Source: Cereibacter sphaeroides 2.4.1 (GTDB lineage Bacteria; Pseudomonadota; Alphaproteobacteria; Rhodobacterales; Rhodobacteraceae). Taken from it: 32,000 nucleotides of DNA. The stretch lies in NCBI RefSeq assembly GCF_000012905.2, contig NC_007493.2, forward strand, positions 240,001 to 272,000, in the 5' to 3' direction. How positions within the stretch are numbered: the first letter of the stretch is position 1; each line of letters starts with the position of its first letter. The notes below the pieces were generated by a model that worked only from the letters and a program-made list of their open reading frames with translations, was not told where the DNA came from and did no database searches. Made by a program: the position numbers and the translations under genes. Shown here one piece after another: positions 8,222-15,161 of this stretch.

Positions 8222-8358
8222 TGTTTTGTCAGGTTCTGTTTTGTGGGGTCCTGTCCTGTCCTGTCCTGTAGGGCAATCACAGTTCCGGGCCTATGAGATC
8301 ACTGCAATCTCACAGTGATTAACTGTTACGATTGCAGTGATAACTGTGATTAACAGTG
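8222..8358. repeat. AT-rich repeat cluster: TGTTTTGT x2, (CCTGT)x4, nested inverted repeats and CAGTGAT(T)AAC iteron-like repeats
   Basis: - TGTTTTGT at 8222-8229 and 8237-8244.
- (CCTGT)4 at 8250-8269.
- Outer inverted repeat AATCACAGTT 8275-8284 / AACTGTGATT 8342-8351.
- Inner 12-bp inverted repeat ATCACTGCAATC 8298-8309 / GATTGCAGTGAT 8330-8341.
- GTGATTAAC at 8315-8323 and 8346-8354, with variant GTGATAAC at 8337-8344. Confidence 0.8.
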
Positions 8359-8363
8359 TTAAG

Positions 8364-9053
8364 TCATGTCAGCTGAACGACCTTCGGCCCGCCGCGCGTC
8401 GCCTCGAACGCGGCCCGCACGTTGTCGGAGGTGATGAAGAGATCGCGCTGGCCCAGCCATTCGGCAATCTCGTTCACCACGTCCGGGCTCTCGGCCGCGC
8501 GGCCGCATTTGATCTCGACGAGCTTCCTGCGGACGCGGGTCCGCGCCATCGCCTTGGAGCCTTCCGTCCGCGCCTGATCGCGCCCGCGCTTCCTGCGGTG
8601 CATGTCGCGGGCAATCCCCGCGATCATCACATGGCCGAGCCGGCGGTTGCCCGGCGCCTCCTCCTGGTTCGAGATATGGGTCTCGCGCCAGCCGTAGAGC
8701 GCGCCCTCGCGCGCCGCCCGCCAGCTCTCGAGATCGGCGCCGTAGCCCGCGAGGCGGGCGAGCTCGAGATCGTCGTCGGGCAGCGTCCCGGCCGGGTCCT
8801 GCCGGAAGGCCTCGCACCAGAGGAGGAGGGCGGTGCCGATGTCCGCCCGCCGGTTCTCGGCCAGCGCCCGGGCGACGAAGCGGGAGGTGAGGAGGCGGTT
8901 GATGTGCAAGGGCACCCATTCGTGGCTCGAGAGCGTGTCGCCGAAGGCCAGCGGATATTCCCAGAAATCGCCGACGATCTCGGTCGGAGGATCGGTCTCG
9001 GTCAGTCGGTCATGCGGCACGGGCACCTCCCGCGGCGCGTCGGAAGCGGTCAC
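8364..9053 (-). CDS. DUF1376 (YdaU-like) domain phage protein, likely replication-associated
   Basis: 229 aa. The N-terminal FWEYPLAFGDTLSSHEWVPLHINRLLTS...ALLLWCEAFRQDPAGTLPDDDLELARLAG resembles the DUF1376 pattern found in alphaproteobacterial prophages. Assignment from memory. Confidence 0.55.
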   Translation of the reverse strand: MTASDAPREVPVPHDRLTETDPPTEIVGDFWEYPLAFGDTLSSHEWVPLHINRLLTSRFVARALAENRRADIGTALLLWCEAFRQDPAGTLPDDDLELARLAGYGADLESWRAAREGALYGWRETHISNQEEAPGNRRLGHVMIAGIARDMHRRKRGRDQARTEGSKAMARTRVRRKLVEIKCGRAAESPDVVNEIAEWLGQRDLFITSDNVRAAFEATRGGPKVVQLT

Positions 9054-9059
9054 GCTTCG

Positions 9060-9611
9060 TCATGGCAGGCCTCCATAGATGAAGACGGGCACCTGGGCTG
9101 TGAGGGCGGATGCGACCTCGTGCCGGATGCCGGTGGAGTCTGACCAGCCGCGGATCTCGGGGACCACGACGGCGGCGCAGACGGTGAGAAGGGGGCGGCA
9201 CCAGTCCTCCCAGAGGACGGGGTTGAACGGGTCAATCCAAAGCCTGGGGAACATGGTGGCATGGAGCGCGGCGGCCGAGAGCTCCACCGGCGAGATCGCC
9301 GTGACGCCCACCTCGAGGAGCCGCGCGACCTCGCGCGCCGCCTCGGCCATGGCCGCTTCCGACTGATCCCGCGACCAGCGGCCGTCCGGGCCGACCGCGC
9401 GGAGCGTGTAAGGGCTCGCCAGATAGACCGGCCGCCCCCAGCGCGCGTGCCGCGCGACGAGCGCCGGATCGGCATGCCACCGCAGCAGATCCGCCCGGCC
9501 TGCAGGATGGCGTCGCAGCGCGGTCCACCCGTTCGATCGAAAAGCGCCGGAGGCCGCAGCCCCCGGCGAAGTGGCCGCGTCCTGTACAGGCAAGGGCGCG
9601 GCGGCGGTCAC
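9060..9611 (-). CDS. DUF1937-like (nucleoside 2-deoxyribosyltransferase-fold) phage protein
   Basis: The core VYLASPYTL...AMAEAAREVARLLEVGVTAISPV...VVVPEIRGWSDSTGIRHEVASALTAQVPVFIY is typical of DUF1937. The start is uncertain. GTG 9611 (GGAG 6 nt upstream, GTGA overlap with the upstream stop) gives an unusually long low-complexity N-terminus of about 60 aa. An out-of-frame ATG at 9475 followed by a G-run could indicate an indel. Confidence 0.55.
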   Translation of the reverse strand: MTAAAPLPVQDAATSPGAAASGAFRSNGWTALRRHPAGRADLLRWHADPALVARHARWGRPVYLASPYTLRAVGPDGRWSRDQSEAAMAEAAREVARLLEVGVTAISPVELSAAALHATMFPRLWIDPFNPVLWEDWCRPLLTVCAAVVVPEIRGWSDSTGIRHEVASALTAQVPVFIYGGLP

Positions 9612-9799
9612 AGAAGGCTCCCGAGAGCGGTGAGCAGTGCCCAGACGCCCCAAGCGATGAGGGAGGATCCGATGATGACGGACGGCACGAGCCACCAGCA
9701 GGAGGGGAGAGGGAGGCACGCAAAACCGCAACAGCCGGCTTGCGGTTCTTCACGGTGGCGCTCCTCAGGTTGCCCGGCATCGCGAAGCCTGAATGTCAT
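9608..9799 (-). CDS. Small Cys/Trp-rich single-pass membrane protein (63 aa), unknown function
   Basis: ATG 9799 has GGAGA 5 nt upstream. The C-terminal TM segment is WWLVPSVIIGSSLIAWGVWALLTALGSLL. GC3 is high in the TM half. The stop overlaps the next gene's GTG (GTGA). The longer 129-aa track ORF overlaps the Cro-like gene out of frame. Confidence 0.45.
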   Translation of the reverse strand: MTFRLRDAGQPEERHREEPQAGCCGFACLPLPSCWWLVPSVIIGSSLIAWGVWALLTALGSLL

Positions 9800-9815
9800 G
9801 TGTTTCTCCATGCTT

Positions 9816-10058
9816 TCAGCCGAACTTCGCCGGTAGCTCATGCTGAGCGGCAGCCAGCACTGCCGCGATATTCGGCCAGGAAGAGATCGGTACTGCTCCG
9901 CCTGTCGCCACGGCGATCCGCGTTGCCACATCGAGGCTTGGCAATCTGGAACCTTCGAGCAGACAGTGCAGGTGCGGCCTTGAAATGCCGAACTCATCGG
10001 CCCATTGGGACCGGGATTTCTCGGGTCGGCCCTTGATGTAATCGGACAGGATGCTCAT
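9816..10058 (-). CDS. Cro/YdaS-like HTH DNA-binding protein (first gene of the leftward operon)
   Basis: 80 aa from ATG 10058. ...SQWADEFGISRPHLHCLLEGSRLPSLDVATRIAVATGGAVPISSW is a typical Cro/YdaS-type HTH. It is divergent from the XRE repressor gene. Confidence 0.7.
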   Translation of the reverse strand: MSILSDYIKGRPEKSRSQWADEFGISRPHLHCLLEGSRLPSLDVATRIAVATGGAVPISSWPNIAAVLAAAQHELPAKFG

Positions 10059-10068
10059 GTCGCTGGTC

Positions 10069-10084
10069 GTCACACATTGCGACA
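10069..10084. promoter_or_regulatory. Operator-like site O1 (GTCACACATTGCGACA) in the cro-like/XRE divergent intergenic region
   Basis: It matches the 16-mer repeated at 10638-10653 and 10671-10686 at 15 of 16 positions. It is a pseudo-palindrome GTCnCA-N3-TGnGAC. It lies 11 nt from the cro-like ATG, just downstream of a perfect minus-strand TTGACA (10094-10089), and contains a plus-strand TTGCGA. Confidence 0.5.
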
Positions 10085-10162
10085 GGGCTGTCAATGAGTA
10101 TCAGGGCTGGTTGTCGCCATTCCGGGCGAGCTTTCGGGGTATGGGCGTTCTATACCAAACCT

Positions 10163-10456
10163 ATGGCCCTGCGGATCAAACAGTTACGGGAAGCTCGCGG
10201 CTGGACTCAGGAAGTCCTGGCTGCCCGTTCAGGGATGTCGCGGTCACAACTCGCGATGATTGAGCGCGAGACGCGGCCCGCCAACACAATCCGCCTCAAT
10301 GCGATTGCCGGGGCACTGGGCGTCTCTACGGAAGACTTGTTCGAAAGCAACCCGCGAGAGCGTGCTTTACTTGAGCTTATTCGCCTGCTTCCGAGCGAGG
10401 ATGTCGAAGCGTTGATACGCGTTGCTGAAGGCCTTGCGGCGAAGTCGCAAGCCTAA
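10163..10456 (+). CDS. XRE-family HTH transcriptional regulator (CI-like repressor, no S24 peptidase domain)
   Basis: 97 aa from ATG 10163. LRIKQLREARGWTQEVLAARSGMSRSQLAMIERETRPANTIRLNAIAGALGVSTEDLF is a canonical HTH_3/XRE domain. The preceding 23 codons of the track ORF lack coding character. Confidence 0.8.
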   Translation: MALRIKQLREARGWTQEVLAARSGMSRSQLAMIERETRPANTIRLNAIAGALGVSTEDLFESNPRERALLELIRLLPSEDVEALIRVAEGLAAKSQA

Positions 10457-10635
10457 GGACCAGCTTCTCGAACATGATCAGGTCATCCTCCCCCATGCGG
10501 CGGATGGCTAGGATCATGCGCTGCTTCCACTCTTCCGACAACAAATCAACCCCTTGCGGTTCCTGTTGCGTTCTATCTGCGCCGCGAGGTCCGTCCTTGT
10601 CAACGCCACGTTGACCTCAGGGTAAGGCTTCATGA

Positions 10636-10688
10636 GCGTCACATATTGCGACATACGGACTTGACGCAAGTGTCGCAATATGTGACGC
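10636..10688. promoter_or_regulatory. Perfect 18-bp inverted repeat (operators O2/O3) flanking a 17-bp spacer, upstream of the rightward small-ORF operon
   Basis: GCGTCACATATTGCGACA (10636-10653) and its exact reverse complement (10671-10688). The spacer contains TTGACG (10661-10666). On the minus strand TTGCGA-N17-TATGTC can be read across the repeat. Confidence 0.6.
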
Positions 10689-10740
10689 ATGGCTAGTGAG
10701 GCGCGACAGTCCCGCGCCCTTGGCTACGACGGAGAGATTC

Positions 10741-10926
10741 GTGCAATCCCCTGACTTCATTGCTCACCAGCACTACGGCATCGGCGTCCTGACGCCCGGC
10801 CAGAAGCTGCATCTGCAGCTGCGGCTGCGCTCGGCGCATGTGTCGCTCGCAAGCGCTATCGCCGCCGGCAAGTACCTCTCGGACATTGAGGACGAGCCGA
10901 CGGACCGGCGGAGGATGCTGTCGTGA
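10741..10926 (+). CDS. Hypothetical small phage protein (61 aa)
   Basis: High GC3. GTG 10741 is preceded by GGAGAG with a 4-nt spacer. The stop overlaps the next start (GTGA). An alternative upstream GTG at 10696 has no RBS. Confidence 0.5.
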   Translation: MQSPDFIAHQHYGIGVLTPGQKLHLQLRLRSAHVSLASAIAAGKYLSDIEDEPTDRRRMLS

Positions 10927-11120
10927 CCGCCACCGCCATCCGCTACCCGGCCGCAGCGCCGGTTGCCCGCTTTGCCCTCCTCGACCTGACCGAGCCCCAG
11001 CTGCGCCGGTTGCTCGCGGCGGCCGAGGCGGGGCTCCCGCAGCTCGACGCCGCCGACGACGAGACCGATGCCGAGCTCGCCGCGATCCTCGGCCAGGCGC
11101 GGGAGGCGCTCGGAGCATGA
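10923..11120 (+). CDS. Hypothetical small acidic phage protein (65 aa)
   Basis: Very high GC3. It has a GTGA overlap with the upstream ORF and an ATGA overlap with the downstream ORF, forming a translationally coupled chain. Confidence 0.55.
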   Translation: MTATAIRYPAAAPVARFALLDLTEPQLRRLLAAAEAGLPQLDAADDETDAELAAILGQAREALGA

Positions 11121-11449
11121 GCCGGATCCTGCCCCTCACGCCCCGCGATCTGAATGCTGCGCGCCATCGTGCCGAGCACGCGCCGACGCCCGAGATCCGC
11201 GAGGCCGCCAGCCGGCTCCTGACGGAACACGAGCTGGCCGTCGCCACCGGCCGCCCGCTGCACCGCGCCCGGCCGCGGCCCGCCTTCCGGACGAGCAGAC
11301 CGAGCCCGCTCGGGCCGAACCTCACCGGCTTTCTGGTGGGCGCGCTCGCGCTCCTCGGCTTCCTGTTCGTCGCCACCGTGCTCTGGGCCCATGTCACCGA
11401 CGTGGCCGAGACCATGCGCCAGCAGGCCAGCGCCATGCGGGGCATGTGA
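11117..11449 (+). CDS. Hypothetical membrane-anchored phage protein (110 aa)
   Basis: ATG 11117. One predicted TM helix (GFLVGALALLGFLFVATVLWA). High GC3. The stop TGA (11447-11449) abuts the ATG of the next gene. Confidence 0.55.
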   Translation: MSRILPLTPRDLNAARHRAEHAPTPEIREAASRLLTEHELAVATGRPLHRARPRPAFRTSRPSPLGPNLTGFLVGALALLGFLFVATVLWAHVTDVAETMRQQASAMRGM

Positions 11450-11844
11450 TGGAGGCCGCCCCGCATCCCGCGCCGCGCCCCGGGCCCGTTCCGGTCGAGA
11501 GCCTCGATGCGGCCGATCTCGACCGCATGGCCGCGGCCATCGACAGCGGCCGGATCCGCAAGCCGCCCATGAAGGAGACCCCGGCGGACCGCGCCGTGGC
11601 CGAGGCCGCCTATCAGGTCGCGGCCGACGAGCTGCGGCAGTTCATCGAGCGCTACGAGCAGCTCGAGGCCGAGAAGAAGGAGATCGGCGGCCAGCAGAAG
11701 GAGCTGATGGCCGAGGCGAAGGGCCGGGGCTACGCGCCGAAGATCCTCAGGATGATCGTGGCGCTCCGCAAGCGCACCCCCGACGACATCGCCGAGGAGG
11801 AGACCCTCCTCGCGCTCTACAAGGCCGCGCTCGGCATGGCCTGA
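11449..11844 (+). CDS. DUF2312 (UPF0335) domain protein
   Basis: The C-terminal LRQFIERYEQLEAEKKEIGGQQKELMAEAKGRGYAPKILRMIVALRKRTPDDIAEEETLLALYKAALGM matches the highly conserved DUF2312 core. The N-terminal extension and the start (ATG 11449) are less certain. Confidence 0.75.
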   Translation: MEAAPHPAPRPGPVPVESLDAADLDRMAAAIDSGRIRKPPMKETPADRAVAEAAYQVAADELRQFIERYEQLEAEKKEIGGQQKELMAEAKGRGYAPKILRMIVALRKRTPDDIAEEETLLALYKAALGMA

Positions 11845-11966
11845 CGCACCCCGGCGCGGCGGGCGATCCGCGCAGCTTCCGTTCAATCCGCCCGGCGCCT
11901 CTTTCGCGCAGGGCCCTGTCCCGCGCTCCGGCGCGCCGGAGAAGATTTGCATGAAGGGCATCCCGC

Positions 11967-13785
11967 ATGGCTAAGGACTTCATCTCCCGAGGCGATCTGC
12001 GCCTCATCCCGCTCGCCGAGCTCCGGCTCTCGCCGCTCAACAGCCGGCAGGAGATCGCGGCCGAGGAGGTCGAGGCCATGGCCGAGAGCCTCGCCGTGGC
12101 GGGGCTTCTCCAGAACCTCATCGGCCATCTGACGCCCCAAGGCATCGAGATCGTGGGCGGCGGCACCCGGCTCCGCGCGCTGCAGCGCCTCGCGGCCGAG
12201 GGCTGGAGCCGGCATGCGGATCTCATTCCGATAGATCCGGTGCCGGTGAAGGTGACGGCCGACCTGCAGGAAGCGGTGGCCTGGGCCGGCACCGAGAACA
12301 GCGCGCGCTCGGCGCTGCACCCGGCCGACGAGGTCCGCGCCTATGCCGCGATGCGCGAGCGGGGCGCTAGCCTGTCGCGGATCGCGCGCAGCTTTGCCCG
12401 CTCCGAGGCTCATGTCGAGCGGCGGCTGAAGCTCGCGGACCTGCCGGCCGAGGCGCTGGCGGCGCTCCGCGCGAACGAGATCTCGCTCGAGATGGCGAAG
12501 GCGCTGACGTTCGCCCCGAGCGGCGAGCGCTGCCTCGAAGTTCTCGCGTCGGTGCGGGGCCGCGACGTGCGGCCCGAGCAGGTGCGGCGCGAGCTCACAC
12601 CCGGCACCGTGCCCTCGACCGACCGGCGGGCGGTCTTCGTGGGGCTCGAGGCCTATCTCGCCGCCGGTGGAACCTCTCAGCGCGATCTCTTCGCCGACCG
12701 GACGCTGCTGGAGGACGAGGCGCTCCTCGACCGGCTCTTCGCCGAGAAGGGCGCGGCCGAGGCCGAGCGGATCCGCGCGGAAGAGGGCTGGGAATGGGCG
12801 ACATGGGTGCCGGAGGAATATGTCTCCTGGACCGTCACGCAGAAGCTGGTGCGTCTCTACGCCCGGCCGGGGAAGCTCTCGGAAGGAGAGGAAGCGGAGC
12901 TCGCGGCGCTCGAGGAGCGCGAGGCCGACGACACCCTCGACGAGCCCGGCCGCGCGCGGCTGGCCGAGCTCGAGGCCCGGCGCGAGGGGGGCTTCACCGA
13001 CGCGCAGCGCGCCTCGGCCGGGATCTTCGTCTATTGCAGCAGCCGGGACGGGCTCTCGGTCGAGCGGGCCTATCAGCAGCCGCGGCGGTTCCGCGCGGCG
13101 CGGCCGAGCTGGCACCCGACCTGCCGCAGTCGCTGATCGAGGACCTGCATCGGATCCGGCTCGGGGCGCTGCAGGCGCGGCTGATGGACCAGTCCGAGCT
13201 CATGCTCGACCTTCTCGCCTGGTCCCTCGGCGGCGGCCTCAGGCCCTGGGCGCGCCCGCTCGCGATCTCACCCACCGACCAGCCCATCGTGCCGGAGAAG
13301 GGCGAAGGCACCAGCTACCCGCCGCGGCTGGCGGCACGGCTCGAGCCGAATGCGAGCTTCGGCCCGACGGCACCCCGGCCGAGTTCGAGGCTTCCGGGGC
13401 GCAGGGGAAGAAACACCGCAACCAGATCCTGACCGAGGCCCTCGCGCGGACTTTCTGCACCGGCAGCTCCGGCCTCTCGGCCGCGCTCGCGCGCCAGCTC
13501 GGGGTCGAGGTGCGCCGGATCTGGACGCCCACCGCCCAGGGATTTCTCGGCCGCTGCAGCGCGGGCTATCTCGACCGGCTCTGGAATGAGCTCGTGCCGG
13601 CGGCCGAGGCGGAGCCAGCTCATCAGAGCTTCAACAAGCTGAAGAAGGGGGAGAAGGCGAAGCGCCTCGAGGCGCTCTTCGCCGATCCCGACACCCGCGA
13701 GGCCCTTGGCCTCAGCCGCGAGGACTGCGCGAAGATCGACGCGTGGGTGCCGGCCGAGCTCGGCTGGCCGGAGGGCGAGGAATGA
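11967..13785 (+). pseudogene. ParB/Srx N-terminal-domain (ParB-like nuclease/partition) protein gene split over three reading frames by two frameshifts
   Basis: - Frame 0, 11967 to about 13082: ParBc domain with ..IEIVGGGTRLRALQRL.. through ..GIFVYCSSRDGLSVERAYQQP.
- Frame 2, about 13100-13340: coding-like continuation ..LPQSLIEDLHRIRLGALQARLMDQSELMLDLLAWSL...
- Frame 1, about 13366-13785: ..DGTPAEFEASGAQGKKHRNQILTEAL...KKGEKAKRLEALFADPDTREALGLSREDCAKIDAWVP.
- The repaired length would be about 606 aa.
- The frameshifts could instead be sequencing errors in GC runs. Confidence 0.65.
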
Positions 13786-13860
13786 GCAGGGCACAGGAAG
13801 AATTGCGCGCGACGCCGCCGGTGGGCGGGCCGTGCTGGCTCGGAGGAAGGGGAAAGGACG

Positions 13861-14103
13861 ATGAGCGCTAGGCGATCCCTAACTTTCGCGCCGCGGCTTC
13901 TCGGCGCGGCCGAGGCGGCGGCCTATCTGGGCGTGAGCGCGACAACGCTCCGTGGCCTTGACCTGCCGCGGCGGGTGCTGGGCGGGCGGCGGCTGTATGA
14001 CAGGCTCGATCTTGACGCCTTCGCCTCGGACCTGCCGGTTGAGGGGGAGACTTTCGAATCGGAGGTGGAGCTGTGCGACCGCCATTTCGGGATGCAGGCG
14101 TGA
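13861..14103 (+). CDS. Excisionase/AlpA-type helix-turn-helix DNA-binding protein
   Basis: 80 aa. LLGAAEAAAYLGVSATTLRGLDLPRRVLGGRRLYDRLDLDAF is a typical HTH_17/excisionase pattern. Strong RBS GGAAGGGGAAAGGA. It lies directly upstream of the integrase with a GTGA overlap. Confidence 0.7.
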   Translation: MSARRSLTFAPRLLGAAEAAAYLGVSATTLRGLDLPRRVLGGRRLYDRLDLDAFASDLPVEGETFESEVELCDRHFGMQA

Positions 14104-15161
14104 AGCTGCCCCGGGTGCAGCGCATCCGGCGTGGCGACCGGGTGCTCTGCTATCATCGGCCGACCGGAACCCGGTTGCCGGATCTGCCCGAGACCCATCC
14201 CGACTTCATCGCGGCTTGGGCCAAGGCCGAGGCCTCGAAGCCAGATCTGGCGCCGCCCGTTGCGGACAAGTCGGTCGCGAAGGTCGTGCGAGCGCTCCGC
14301 GCGTCGAAGAGGTGGAAGGGGTTTGCCGCGAGCTATCGGCTGAACTTGCGCTTCCATCTCGAGCGAATCGAGACGGAGCACGGCGCCCTGCCGCTGCGGG
14401 GCCTGCGGCAGAAGCATGTCGAGATGGATCTCGGCAAGCTCGATCCGAACCCGCGCAATGTGTCGCTGAAATGCTGGCGGCTCATCTTCGCGCAGGCCAA
14501 GGCGGACGGGATCATCGAGAGCGACCCGAGCCACGAGATCGGAAAGATCGTGACGAAATCGCCCGGCCACGTCGCGTGGACGACGGCCGAGGTGGCGGCC
14601 TTCCGGGCGCGGTGGGCGGTGGGGACGCGCCAGCGCGCAGCCTTCGAGCTGCTCGCCTGGACCGGCTGCCGCGTCTCGGACGCTTGCCGCATGACGCGCA
14701 CCCATCTCGGCAGCGACGGGCTCATGACCTTCCGCCAGCAGAAGACCGGAGGGCCCGCCTATGTGCCCTGGACCTGCGCGCTCCCCTCGTGGGCGCTCCG
14801 GTGGGAAGAGGAGCGCGAGACGGTGCGCGCAGCGGTGATGGCCACGGCCGGCTTCACCCTGCTTGAGACGAGCTACGGGAAGGCGCGGTCGGTGAAGGGT
14901 CTGTCGAACTTCATCACCGCTGCCGCGGCCGAGGCGGGGATCGAGGGGCGCACGCCGCACGGCTTGCGCAAATTCCGGCTCACGGCCATCGCGGAAGCGG
15001 GCGGTCCTGCCCATGCGATCATGGCCTGGGGCGGGCATGCGAGCCTCTCAGAAGCCGAGGCTTACACCCGCGCCGCCAGCCGGCGCGGCCTCGTGATGGG
15101 GCCGGAACAAGAACGGAACGATGTAAACGACCCCGGAAATTCCTGTAAACGCGCCAAATAG
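14100..15161 (+). CDS. int: Tyrosine recombinase / phage integrase
   Basis: Catalytic-domain landmarks are WTGCRVSDACRM (Arg), HGLRKFRLT (His-x-x-Arg) and WGGHASLSEAEAYTR (His...Tyr). The start is placed at GTG 14100, overlapping the xis stop. The track start GTG 14073 is also possible. It ends 30 bp from the 3' end of tRNA-Arg. Confidence 0.85.
   Translation: MKLPRVQRIRRGDRVLCYHRPTGTRLPDLPETHPDFIAAWAKAEASKPDLAPPVADKSVAKVVRALRASKRWKGFAASYRLNLRFHLERIETEHGALPLRGLRQKHVEMDLGKLDPNPRNVSLKCWRLIFAQAKADGIIESDPSHEIGKIVTKSPGHVAWTTAEVAAFRARWAVGTRQRAAFELLAWTGCRVSDACRMTRTHLGSDGLMTFRQQKTGGPAYVPWTCALPSWALRWEEERETVRAAVMATAGFTLLETSYGKARSVKGLSNFITAAAAEAGIEGRTPHGLRKFRLTAIAEAGGPAHAIMAWGGHASLSEAEAYTRAASRRGLVMGPEQERNDVNDPGNSCKRAK

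Noticed and set aside
8250-8269. (CCTGT)4 tandem repeat considered as a CRISPR or VNTR-type array
   Set aside because: The unit is only 5 bp and there are no spacers, so it is not a CRISPR. It is kept only as part of the AT-rich regulatory repeat cluster.
10655-10666. GGACTTGA shared with the T-arm region of tRNA-Arg (15215-15222), considered as an att-like remnant
   Set aside because: It is an 8-bp match only and lies in the spacer of the operator inverted repeat. It is most simply coincidence.
10693-13115. Minus-strand ORFs 10693..11961 (422 aa) and 11883..13115 (410 aa)
   Set aside because: They are antisense to the coupled small ORFs, the DUF2312 gene and the ParB-like gene, which have strong GC3 bias and recognisable domains on the plus strand.
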